Below are positions 38,331 through 50,947 of a stretch of 64,000 nucleotides of DNA, piece after piece. The notes under the pieces were generated by a model. It was not told the origin of the DNA and searched no databases. It saw only the letters and a list, made by a program, of their open reading frames with translations. The DNA is from Spongospora subterranea f. sp. subterranea (lineage: Eukaryota). The position numbers were made by a program, and so were the translations under genes. The stretch covers positions 1 to 64,000 of the forward strand of contig JAUGWO010000144.1 of assembly GCA_049724395.1 (NCBI GenBank), read 5' to 3'. Positions within the stretch are counted from its first letter, which is position 1. Each line of letters opens with the position of its first letter.

Positions 38331-40221
38331 ATGACCAACGTGCCCGAACGCGACGTCGAATCCGGCGCGATCCTCCCCGAACGAAAACAGCATCGCCTCG
38401 GGCGATGGACGATCACGATGACGGCCGTGATGATCGTATCGGTGTTGACCCTATTGTCGTTAAAATCGTCGTCGTCCATGATCGGCGCCGTCGCCCCAGG
38501 AATGTACGTGTCTGTCGAGCGTCGTCGTCCGTCGTCGTTGGGGTTTCTTTTGTTTTTCCGTCGACCAACGCTGATCGTGGTCGTCGGTGAACCGCAGATG
38601 CGATGCAGGCGCTGTCGTCGGATCTGCCCAGTGTCACTCAGCTGATGATCGTGAGGACGATCGGGCCATCTCTCGCCCCGGTCAATTCTAAACCTGTTTG
38701 GCGTTAGGTCACCGCCAACGGCAGTATCCCGCTATTTCAGCTGACCGATTGGACCGTTATCGATCTGTCGGTTCTACCGCCCATCAAGATCGAGATCCAG
38801 ACCGATCGCAAAACGGTGATGTTGCCGATTGTCGCCATTCTTCGATTGTCGTCGCTGAAATCCGCACCGATGGCGATCAGGTCGGCAGCGTGTCCGTCGT
38901 CCTGGACGGGAGTGTGATGGCGATTCGCGACGCCAATCCCATGTTCGTCACCGATCAGGAGTCGCTATCGTTATCGACCGGTCCGCCCTGATCCCCTCAC
39001 CCACCTCAGACCGATTCCCCCTGACTATCGCCCCTCCGCCACAGGATCCCATTCGATATCGATCACGCCGTTCTCCCAGTCCAACGCCATCGGTGCCTAC
39101 GGTCTGATCACCACGATCAAGTTTATTGTCGCCAACGACCCCACCATCAACGTCGTCAAAGTACGTTCGTTCGGCGGGAACAGATCCCCGTTTTTGTTCC
39201 GGCGATCGCGACACCAATGGCAATGAATCTTGTTCAGGGAATGGGAATATTCACAGGTAAAGGTTCATCCGAGCTAGTATTGGCCAGCGACGAACCCTAT
39301 CCGCTACCGATCGAACGCCCTCACGATTCCCTGCGATTGCGCCTGGCCGTCCCGGCATCGTATGGCGTCTCCCTGCAGATAACGGTCGGTCCCCAATGGC
39401 CGCCGCCCCTTCGCCGTTGATCCCCACGAACAGATCGACAACTACTTGTTCTACGAGATCAGCTCATATCCCTACGATTTAATCTGGTCCGACGTTCAGA
39501 TCGGCATTCACAGCTTCAGTAAACCGATCTCGCGGAATCACCCGAAACATTCCCCTGATCCTCCTCGTTCAGACGTTGTTCCAACGATCAAGGGAGTTAA
39601 TGTGCCTGAGCCGACCACATTCTATGTGAATGTTGTTCGAGGGGATTCCTATACACTTCCCATCGTTCCGCCGTCGGTAGGAAAACAACCACAACCAATT
39701 CGGCTGATTTGACGTTGATCGCCGCGTTTGTGGTGGGCAACAGATCGACCAGTTCACCGTGTACGACGCCGTTGGCGATTACATCGTCGCCAATATGACC
39801 GATGGGTTCGTGTTCAATGCGCCATCGATAACAGGGAATGTCGTCTCGCCCACTGTTCGTCCTCGATCGGTTTCCCCCCGAACTGCATCGTATTCCTGAT
39901 CGGTTGTCGTTGTTCCCCTGTTTTTCCGCAGATTCGCGTGGCGACATCGCCCCCGTTGATCGGCAGCGTCGAGTTCAAGCTGAACAACTTCACGATCGCC
40001 ATCTGCAACCATTTCCCATATCGTATCGGTAATCGCACCATGATATATACAGGATGGAGATAGCACCAGGGTTTGAATGTGAACGTGATTGTTTGTCGCC
40101 AGGTGATACAGGGTTGGCGCTGGCGCCAGGGCAGTACGACCTGTCGGCGACCCCATATTACGAGCCGGGGGCTACAGGTGCCCCAGGACCGACCACCCAT
40201 ATGCAGATAACATTCCAATGA
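38331..40221 (+). CDS. Type II membrane protein with two to three tandem bacterial-type Ig-like beta-sandwich repeats
   Basis: N-terminal TM; spliced repeats VGSVSVVLDG..GSHSISITPFSQSNAIGAYG..IKFIV and IGSVEFKLN..FPYRIGD..PGQYDLSATPY..GATGAPG..MQITF; stop TGA 40219-40221. Confidence 0.65.
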
Positions 40222-40412
40222 TCTCAGTGTTCGCCCAATAAAAAAACACCAGACATCGTTGTTGATTGAGAAAACCCACAAAATCGCAATCTAATTTCGC
40301 ACCGGCATTTTGAAACTCGGGAACAACAATCGGTTGGGGTCGTCGAGAGAGCACTTTAGCAGATTGATTTATGTACAGGAAATTCTGGTGGATTGTACGA
40401 CAATATAATATT

Positions 40413-41555
40413 TCATTGTTTGTTTTCAAAGGCGGCTGCGCGAGCGGCGAGCTTGTTCCGCGATTCTTGCTGCTTCTGCTGGCGAAGCTCTTCCTCCTGC
40501 TGCTGCGCTTTGGCCAACGCAACCTCGCCCGAGTTCTTCGACGACCTGCGCTTCGCTGCCGACAACGTCAGCTCGACGCGGTTCATTTCCGTCTTGTCCT
40601 GGGAATCGAGCTGGAACAGCTCGTTCTTGGCCGCCAAACCTGATATATTAGACATTCATCAGTCGCGATCGAACAGTTCTGGCGCCAACATTGCAAACCT
40701 TTCACCCCTCCTTGCGCCACCTTCGCCTGAAGTTCTTTGACAAGGGTGTTGCGTTGACGCTGCTTCGCCATGAACTCCTCAATCGCCTACGCCGGATTGA
40801 TTGAGAACCAACAACAGCAACCGGGTTGGTATTGCGGTGGGAAAATACCTGCAGGACGGCTGGGTCGCATCCAACCGGAACAGTGAACAGCTCCTCCAGT
40901 AGAAATGGGCCAACACCGGTCAACCCAACACCGTCATTTTCCATCGACACGGTCGGGTCCATTTTATGCCGGGCAAAATACGCCTTGAGAATCATGATCT
41001 GTTGAAGGAGAAGAACCAATCAGTGGGCGATATATTCTATGAATAACCAATGATTATCGCCCACCTTATAATGGAGCAGTAAATATTCAATGAAGCAGAT
41101 CTTATCGTTCTTGTCGAGGTCGACATCCGCCAGTTCAGACCGGCGTTGCATTGCTGTGCGGGTTCGGCCCATTCTCTAAACATTGACGTCAGTAGCACCA
41201 AATGTGTTAGAATCAGTGGTAAACCTGTAGGAAATCAGCTGCTTGACCGGCGTCTAGATCGTGTTTCTCGGCTTTCTCGTTCAAATACTCGGTGAATTTT
41301 TTGGCCAGCACGTTGACCTGGCCCCAATCATCCCCGAGGTCGAAGATGAAGCTTTTCAGAAAAAATTCCACCTGGATGAGATGGGGTGAACAGAGAGCAG
41401 AGCACCAGCAAGTTCACTGGACGAGCTGATACCTGGGATTCGATATCACTGGCGGTTAACTCAGCAAACCGCTCCGAATAGTTCGTGCCCGATTTGCCCG
41501 CCTTGCTGGCGTTGGACGGCGACGACAGGATTTTGTCTTCCGAGATGGTCGCCAT
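40413..41555 (-). CDS. Calcium-regulated actin-bundling protein (Dictyostelium ABP34-like), EF-hand
   Basis: FFLKSFIFDL, EF-hand DVDLDKNDKICFIEYLL, C-terminal GGVKGLAAKNELFQL..NRVELTLSAAKRR..ESRNKLAARAAAFE. Confidence 0.8.
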
Positions 41556-42279
41556 TACTGAACTCTGCCAACAATACTAGCACAAATGACTAAGGCCGAT
41601 TCCCCAATCCACCTGATTATCACCACTGTGTATCAGTGACCAGAACCGTCCCAGACCTGTGTCGCTCTATCACCCACCCAACGCAGCCCACGTTGCCGAC
41701 CGCTCCACTGGATATTGTAATGTGAACGGGGGTGGGGTGGGTCGACTGACTGACAGGGGCACGCGGCCTTTTATTACAGTCAGTACCAGGGCTATATATA
41801 GGGCGATGGGGACTGTGTCTAGGGATCATCTCCTGGGGAAAACCTAACACCACAAACGGTGTTGACAACCCTAACAGCTCTCAACTCTCTCAACTGTCGG
41901 CAAATACCAGATGCATTTTTGTATAGAAGAACGCGAAATTTACAGCAGATTTCCCGGCGTCAGCGGTCGCATTATGATGATATTTTCGCGGACGAGGGCG
42001 GAATGATCGATGAACGTGCTCTGATAACGACGCGGGCCTTCAACGGATGACGGAGTTGCCATGATCCGGGGTTCCAATGGATCGATACTGGTGTTGTTGG
42101 CGATGTGGTCGGTCTGGGCGAGATAGCGGGCCCGTCCTCCCTGATCCTCCCTCACCCCCCTCCCCCTAACGCGCCTATCACACACCCCCTAACCGGGTCC
42201 ATTATATTGTGGGGCGATCAGAGGCCGCGGACTTCAGACCCCCATTAGAGCCCTCGTTTGGGGAGGCGTTCGGTGGTTG

Positions 42280-45200
42280 ATGGCGGCTCAAACCGTCAGA
42301 TCAGGTAATTATCGCCATCTGGATTGGCCATTCAGGCATATCTGCCCCTACCATGAGGGTCACGTCTGGCCAGGGCGTGTTTGGTTTCGGGTATTCTGAT
42401 CGGGGTTCCCATTCGCAGGGTTTCGGGTCATGATGTTCCGTCTAAACGCGCAGCATCGATGGGACGATTATGGAACTGGATTCGTCGAGGATCCCGTTCA
42501 TGGTATTCGCTGGTCCGTCTGCGATTCTATCGTGAGCCTGATCGTGGGAACAATTGATTAGGCACGCTGCGAGTGATTTGTGAGGAAAGCAACACCGTTC
42601 TCCTCTTTCACAGGATTCAATCTGATCATGATTATGCTAAACAAGGTCCCCGATCTGCCTTTTTGTTTAAAATCATTGTTTTGACTGCTGCTTTAAGGCG
42701 ACGCAATCATTACATGGTTCGATACCGAATCTACCGTTGATTTAGCGCTAAGTTTCGAGCATAGCGACAATTGCGATCGGATTTGGGAACAGGTCTAAGA
42801 TATAGGTCAATTAAAACGGTTTTTTATTCACTGAGCGTCTTGCGGACAGATTCAATCGGCAATTGCCTTCTCCGACGAAAATATCCAAATCGAAGCGTTA
42901 GACGCCATGGATACTGTCGACGATTTCGAAGAGGTCTCTATTCCAACTCTCGATAATCTTTCTAAAGTTAGTGTTCTCATTATCGTCATTTGCACTGGCG
43001 TTAATTCACATTGTCTAGGTCTCAAACGAAATACTTTCCAGTTTTAGGAATAGCAGAAAGGTTTCTGTTAATGAGGCGTACGGAAAGGCTTTCATGGATG
43101 CTCTTCGGGACGTATTTTCACAGGTACGCTGCATAGTCGATTATAAAATCAGTCATCAAGTTTACAAATCATAGGCGTATGATCTGGAAGCGTATGATTC
43201 GCTGTTCCTGATATTCACCATCGTGAGGCAGCTATTTTTCCTGGGGTCCGCGTCAATCATCGATATGCTGACCGGTCCTGATTTGCTGCAGACGACCGTT
43301 CATATGCTAGAGTCAGCGTTATCAATTGTATGCTTTTCGTTAGAGTGCATGTTAATATAATATTTTTGTATCATTACAGGTATGATCCGGAATTGACCGA
43401 AGGTCATGATGATCCATCTGAGGTTGATTTCAATCGTCATCGCAAGGTACTACTCGAGGCAATGTTCGCAATGATATCCTTATTGTTATCAGGCATTGAA
43501 AGCCGCTCAATTTCGAGAAGTAATTCCTTTGAGAAATGACGCGCTTTTACAGACCATCAAGACGGTATTTTGCTCGTCTTGTTTGTGTTTTCGTTTGCTA
43601 ATCAACTATGGACGCCAGCATTATTATGTCACTTACATCCGAGATGTGATCATGCTGAAGTATCTAAATGATGGTTTGACACAAACGTTAAATTCTATGC
43701 TGTTCGCCAGCGTCAGCAACATTGTGACTCCGTTAATGGAGAACGATCATTTTCTTGATTTATTGTTCGCCAAAATTGGTTCCGTTCCTAATGAAACAAG
43801 GCTGGTGTCGCAAGATTCTCTTGATACCTATCGATTTGTGGCAGAGCTGGTTTCACTAATCAAGAATTTAGCTCTACATTCCTATTTCTTCGGTCGATTT
43901 TGTGCTCGCGGCCTACTTGGCCGCATTGCGTCATTGCTATTTGATTGGCAATCGAATGTGTCGCCCAGTGGAAACATTATTCACCGAATGGTACCTGTAT
44001 TATTCGAGATTGTTCATACGTATGTAGAACCATTTTTTCATATACGTGTTTATTCACATTCTATGTTAGAATTGCTGTTCATGATCCTCAGTATGTTAAA
44101 GCGGCAATGCTATCCGAAGGACCGAAGTAAGTCGTCTGATTCACTCGATCTGTTGCTATCGACTTATGTGCACTTAGGTCTGTGCTAATGGCAGCCTTGA
44201 TTGGTACAATTACTACGAAAACCGACGTCTTAGATGACTCCATGCAGTCAAATGTATTGTTCGCTTTGATTGCCGTGCTAACTCATATTAAACCCCTTAT
44301 TTTAGGCGACTGAGTTGCTTATGATTTTATTGCTCCACGACTCTAACAAGTTTCTTCACCAAGAAACGTTCATTGAATCGTGCTTCGAAGTCTATCTTAG
44401 TATGCCCGGAGCTTTTCATTTTTTTCCTGCGCTGACCTGTTGTTTTAGATAACCTGGTTTCTTGCATTACCAACCCATCCACTCGTGGCAATTCAGTGAT
44501 CAACGCAGCAACTCTCTTGACGTTCTGCATTCGCTCGCACGCGAGCACACTCGCGTTTGCATTGAGGAGGTGCCAGTGGCACAGTGCAGCGATGTGTCTG
44601 CTGATGAATAGAGATCATATGCAACTTGTATAGGAACTTGCCTTGTTTTGGCAATTTTTTGATGGTGCTCCCAGATGCTATTGGGTTTGAGGATGGTTAG
44701 GGCAGCTTTATCGCATTTATTAATGCCATCCTATGCGAATGATGAAATGCAGGATGGAAAAGTCAGTAATATTTGTTCACTTGCAGCATGTTCTTAGTGC
44801 GAGTTTAGACGCTGTTAAACGCTTGCGTGGATCTTTTCCTGTTCAACGGCGTCCAAAGATACAATTTGTTGAATTCTACATTCATTGAGTTAGTAGAGTT
44901 TGTCAGGGCATCGAACATTAAACCGCTTGTGAATTATTTCGGTAAGTCGACTGACAACGCTGGTGACGGCCTACTAATTTTATTTGCAGCAAGAGTGCAG
45001 TTGCAACGAATCGGACCTGTGTCGTATGTTTCCGTTTTTGACGCAATCGCTTTGAAAGCGGAACAGAACCAAGAAGATCCTGTGGTTGATACAATTTTCC
45101 ACTACAGTTCGAGTTCAAGAGTCGCAAACGTTCTCGGAACTGCAACGCGAAGAGGAATATTTTGAGTCCCCTGCTATCGATCCTGATCCTGACACCATGA

Positions 45201-45688
45201 CCGACCATGACGTGACGCAGACTTGGGATATGGATTCCGCAGTTGGTTCGACAAAGGACGCATCCTTGCCCACGTTTATCGAAAGGAAGCACTTTCAGCC
45301 AAGGCAAGATCCCGGCGATTTTTTATTGGCTGTAAAGAAAAGAAAAAAACTGACAAAGGGAGTTGCGAAGGGCCCGTACGTTCAGATACAACCGATTTGG
45401 AAGAGGTTGACATTTTTTCTTTGACTATAGTGTAAAGACGTTGTCAATTTCTCCCCAACGCTTGGTGCAGTATTCTATTGGTGAAGATGATGACTCCGAT
45501 GGCGACGCGGACCGTAGGGTATGGATTGCAAATATGCTGTTGGATTGCCTGACTGACTTGCTGCAATCTGGAGTTAGAAAAGCGTTCGAGATAGCCTGGC
45601 GCATGCGTCTTTGGCCACACCTCCTGTGTCCAACTCAGCTGACGTGACAACTACGTTGCAGTACACAGCTCTGAGGCAAGGTACATAG
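42280..45688 (+). CDS. PPP4R3: Protein phosphatase 4 regulatory subunit 3 (SMEK/Psy2); ends approximate
   Basis: EVH1-like RLNAQHRWDDYGTG..IITW..DLALSFE..IWEQI; YDPEL; FREVIPL..YIRDVI; RYNLLNSTFIELVEFVR. Confidence 0.85.
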
Positions 45689-45964
45689 ACAAGGAAAAGG
45701 GCAACATCAGATTTACTGTAGACCTGAACTTCTTATACATTATAAATACCAGCAATTTATGCAATGATCACTTGGATGAGTGAGTCAGTGACAGTCCATT
45801 GCTATATAGGGAGAAATGTATTCAAATTATGTGGGAGATTATCTTCATCCAATGACCAATTAAGCCCAAAACAACAATAAGCAGCACTACGATGCGGATC
45901 AGATAGAGAAAATTGAAATTCTCGTATTTTCCTCGATGACTTGCGGAGAGGAACATAATGAACA

Positions 45965-47283
45965 CTATACGGGGAGGGCGTCGTCACCAGAACCGTTGAC
46001 GTGTTCACGGCAAAGAGGGCACGTAGCCTTCAGCACTAACCATTGATCCAAACACGATGAATGGAATTCATGATCGCATCTGCATGCAAAATTAGCGACT
46101 AGATAACTATTGTGTCAATGAGTCATACGGTAAATGTCTCAGCCTATCACCGGTTGCAAAATCTACTTGACAAATTACGCAAGCATCAGACGCATTTTCC
46201 TAGAAACTTTTGAATACACTGACTAGAACATCAGATGCATACATACGGTTCGCGCATCATCCGCGTTATATATCCTTTCAGGAAGTTTTCTAACATCAGA
46301 GTTTGACATTCCTTCATTAGGCTGAAAGAATCTAGGATGCACTTAAACATCAAGGTGAGGTAAAAGCGAGGAAGGTTGCCTACCGAAGAAGAAGAAGCAG
46401 ACATGGTAGGCACATACCTAAACGTGAACATGGCATCAACACTTGCATACAGCATCACATAAATTGCCTACAGAACATAGCGAGAAGAAGCAACGGCGAG
46501 CATGCAAGTGCAACATGCATAACTATTATTGTCGTACAAAAGTACCAAAGAATTGGCGACGAGCCACGACACTCTGCTGCAGGATTTCCAAGTGTCCATA
46601 ATAACCCCTGGAATCGCTCGATAAGGGTGCAAAACAAAATTGAATGGTGATAATCATTATTTACCAAGACTGTCCAGATAAATGAGAATGACCCTCGAAC
46701 TTTGTCCAAATTTTGGACATTAATCATTAACTCATCTTGCCGACGCGAATGTGCAACATATCTCGCCTATGGCAAGTCAGATTAAATAAAATAGGACTGC
46801 AAAATTAATATCTACCATTTCTTGCGGGAATATTATGCAATATCGAAGCAAAAATACTATTAGCCACATCTTTAATGGAACGTCGCATGATGTGTTAAAA
46901 GAAAATCCTAGAACAATGCAGCCGGCAATCAACTACAACAATATTCAGATTGTGCCATGATGGACTTGGGATTCAATAAACCTCAATGATGCCATAGGTC
47001 ACTGCTAAAGCAATAAATCTGCTTGAGCTCCTGACATCATATACAACTTGATTCGCATTGGCTACCTGAGATCAAGTTGATGAGCCAATCCGTGCGGAGA
47101 AGAAATCAGCAATGAGACCAGAAGTTGGCGCTGTTGCGGTGGACCGGGACGATCACGAAGTAGCAGTGATTCGCCGCTTCTGGCCCTGGCCCTGTTGTGA
47201 AACGGGCCTGCCTGCTGCCAGCGACTGTCTTCCTCGGCCTGAAGCCTCTGTGCCAGAGCCAGCGAGGCTGCATCGTCAGCCAT
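45965..47283 (-). CDS. Transmembrane RING-H2 E3 ubiquitin ligase
   Basis: N-terminal DAASLALAQRLQAEE (UIM/MIU-like); TM exons; CVICQVDF..LP|CDHEFHSSCLDQWL..TCPLCR; stop at 45965. Confidence 0.85.
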
Positions 47284-50181
47284 GGCGAGGGCCAGCCAGA
47301 TAAACCGATGGAGATTGGCCTTAGAACTATATAGTAAACGAGCGGTAATTGAATAGATTGAGAGTAATTAATGAGAGTTTGAGGGAATTCACTGACAATC
47401 CAACTAGCACCCACTTACGGAATGTACAGCAAAGATCAATCCGCACAGGGCCAATGAATAAAACAGCGACTGGGGCACAGTGGCGCAGAGTGGACGGGAA
47501 AAGTGGCGCAAAATGCCGAGATCAGTGGCGCAGATAATGGGAGACTGTGTGTGTCTGTGGGGGGAAAACGGCCCTGGCGCTCTGGCCCAGACACACCACC
47601 CAAATATCCTCGTTTAGGATTATCAAGGGTTCTCGAACAACGGGTGGTGAACAGAGGTTTATCTACTCGATCTAACGGTACACCGGTGATGGCTTGTTTA
47701 TGGTGTGCCAGTGGCCTTGACCATCATACTGAACTTCAGAGGGTTATGTCTCAAAATGGGGATCAGTAAACGATTGTCACTTAATAACGCCAATGATCAG
47801 TTAGACGAGGTCATGCTGCTTATCGCCGCGGTGATTTCTTTGTTGAAATTACTCAGCTAGTGATGAAGATGATGGCATTGTCTCAACTGGTAATTTCTGA
47901 CGAATGTACGAGTATCAAAGTTCTGCTGAATAATTTATTAGCAAATATTCAGCAGCAGCATAACGTCGAAGTGGTTTTTTGTATGTTGTCATGTCAGATC
48001 TTAGTGAAATTGTGAGTTTGCGCCATGGTCGATTCACGCCTAACGTTCGAGCATTGGTCCACAAAACACGCTGCAATTCCGGAAAATCGTGATCCATGAG
48101 GAGTCCATTTTGGGATAATCCATTCAACGATAATGACTGGTCTTCAGCCTATTGTGTTAAAATACTTATTCGAATAGTGTTCCGGCCATCATTTTCTTCT
48201 CGACTGATGGAGTTGCTGCGAATCAGCCGCCAACGAACGCGTTGAAATCTTATAACGGACGTCAGAATAGAGCAAACCCGTTAAAAGGATGGGCACAATC
48301 TCGCTTATTCTGTTTTGTCGCCAATTCTCGTTAGTTTCTGGCGTTCTTTTCACAGTGGTTGAGGTAGTTTTGGCTAAAGGCGACACAGGTCTTTGAGAAG
48401 TATGGGCATCCGGGTGAGTGTCGAACCGATACTGTCGAGTACCTCACTTCCGATTCAGGGCGTCTATCATGGATGGACTTTCCTCCGTCACCAATCTGTT
48501 CAAGCATGTACTATCTCGCCCATTATGAGCACCGTTTGGGAACGGTTTTGAACCCATCATTGGATTGATAGCCGTGCGTGTTCACGATGATGTTTACGAT
48601 GGGCCCAATTATGTGCCTTTAACCTCTTTTTTCACTTAACGCCCCCAATAGTTCGTCAAATAAACGTTGTACAACGCCTTTCAAAACCAGAGTGTGTTCG
48701 TCGAACTCATCAATTCACGCGTGTCTGGTATTTTCTTCGAAGATACGCTGTCCGGTGGTGTATAATCTGATATAACCATCAATCTGGCATACAAATATCG
48801 TTATGAGTGGTTATCTGTGATCGCCCAATCTCCTGATGATATGGCCGAATGATAGTCGGGCGGAACGGTCTCACGAACAACACGCCGACAGAGACATGAT
48901 TTGGTCATATCATCATGGGACTAATCATCGGCGATCACAAAAACCCATTCATAACGCTGAGATGTTACCTGATGAAACGACGGTTGTCGTATCCGGTTAT
49001 GAAATATCGACAGGGTATTATCGATCAGAACACACAGTACCAACGAGATGTGCCCTCATGAGATGATGTAGCTCGATGAACGCACCATCGTTCTCAAAGC
49101 AATGGTAGAACCACTATTTGACGCCTTCTGGAAGCGTTAAACAAAACCAGTCAGCTGAAAATGGAGAATCGAGTTCGCCGTAAACATATATGCGATGTCG
49201 TCGTTAACAATCATTGAACCGCTGGAGAGCCGTTCCCACAGTTTGCTGACGATGGAGCTAAATAGTACATCATTGAAAGATTTGGCTAATGAGGAAGGTC
49301 AATGAACGAAAGATGCCTCATTCGGCAGAGAAGTGCTTGACAATCCCGCTGCGGCGCTCTCAGGGCGACGATACTTTTCAAACACGTGTTCCGCCTTTCA
49401 ACAAACTTTCAATGTAATTTACGATGGTGAGAAATTCCAGACGATGAGATCGGAAATGTGAGAAAAAACAATAAGAACCGGTCAATGAATTCAGTGCAGT
49501 CGATGATTCTCCAACCGATAATCGCGATGGAATTCACACCGGGATGAGACCATGTCCTAGCCCATGATTAAACCAGACCCGTGGCGGCTGTACAGCACTA
49601 ACAGCATCTTATCCTGGCCGGGTGGTCAGCGAAACCAATCATCCAAACTTAGATGGCGATGCTCACGCTCTGATTCCGATAATGTGTTGGTTCGGATAAA
49701 TTCTCATGAGTAATGATGGAGTACACATAGACGGCGACCCTGACAGATTATATGATAAAACCTGTCGGTTATCACGGAATACACGTTGACATAACTCAAT
49801 CGTCGACGCTCCATGAAACGGGCCCTGAAATATAACGCAAAACGGAAACTTGTGCTTTTGGAAATATTAATCCGTATAAGCTTACAAGGGCGCCCACTAA
49901 TGGATTTTGCCATTGCTCAGATACACAGAGCGATTACCTTCATCTCACCACATCCAGCTTTCCCTCTCATTGCCCATATACGTCGGTCATTCTCCACATA
50001 CGAACGAATGGGGCAGGGATTCCACGGCTAAGGGATCAAGGGGCGGGGGGAACTGCGGAAAGGGGATCAACGGGTAGGGGACCAACGCCGACGGGAACAA
50101 TGGTTATTATCACCATCAACGGCGGATTATAATTAAAACTTGAAATTGGGTTATGTCATTGGGGATATTCCGGGACTTGCA

Positions 50182-50281
50182 ACTGACTGACTGACTGACT
50201 GACTGACTGACTGACTGACTGACTGACCGACTGACCGACTGACTGACCGACTGACTGACCGACTGACTGACTGACTGACTG
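50182..50281. repeat. (ACTG)n tetranucleotide microsatellite with ACCG variants, ~25 units
   Basis: Direct inspection. Confidence 0.97.
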
Positions 50282-50947
50282 CAGCAGCGGACCACAACTT
50301 GGCTCTGTAAGGCCCCGTAACGAATCAACGGAGAACTCGCTGCGGTAACCGATAATCGTTGCCAGTCATGTATTGGCGGTTGCCTGACTGTACGGAAAGA
50401 TTGGCGTGGTCTGGCGCTACACCCGTATAGCTTGTGGCAGTATATATTTACATGTTGACGATGGGTAATCGGTGCGGTCAATTTGAATGGCGCTCGTTTT
50501 GACGATTGTGAGGAGATTCGGGAGCACTACGAGTCAACAGAATTCGAACAGGTCAATCGTTAACATCCCCGTGTGATTTTTCCCAACAGGTTCATCATCA
50601 CCATATATTGTTCATGGCGCTATCACGATCGTGATTGGATAAGCGGTAGACGATCGAGAGACAGTGTTTGATGGAATGGGAACAGAGGGAAATTGATGAG
50701 ACTATTGAGCCCCGTCCCCGTTCATAATCACAATAAATCACGATTGGTCGAGATTAATGGGGGTGAGGTCCCATGATTCCCCTAACACCACATTCTATTC
50801 CCCGCTTGTACTAGTACTGATATCGATCGTCAAATTGCGAATATTGTCGGGGTGATACTGATCGTGTCGTGTTGAACTCCCCTTGATCCTCTATCGACCC
50901 GTTTTCCCCCCTGGTTAATATCATCATCACCATCGTCCCGTCAACCA

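Noticed and set aside
47700..50000. Scattered short ORFs in the 47.7-50 kb gap (also 57.4-58.9 and 60.15-60.6 kb)
   Set aside because: No recognisable motifs or consistent exon chain; possibly decayed genes or TEs but unsupported
50116..50481. 121-aa ORF with SQSV repeats
   Set aside because: Open frame produced by the (ACTG)n microsatellite
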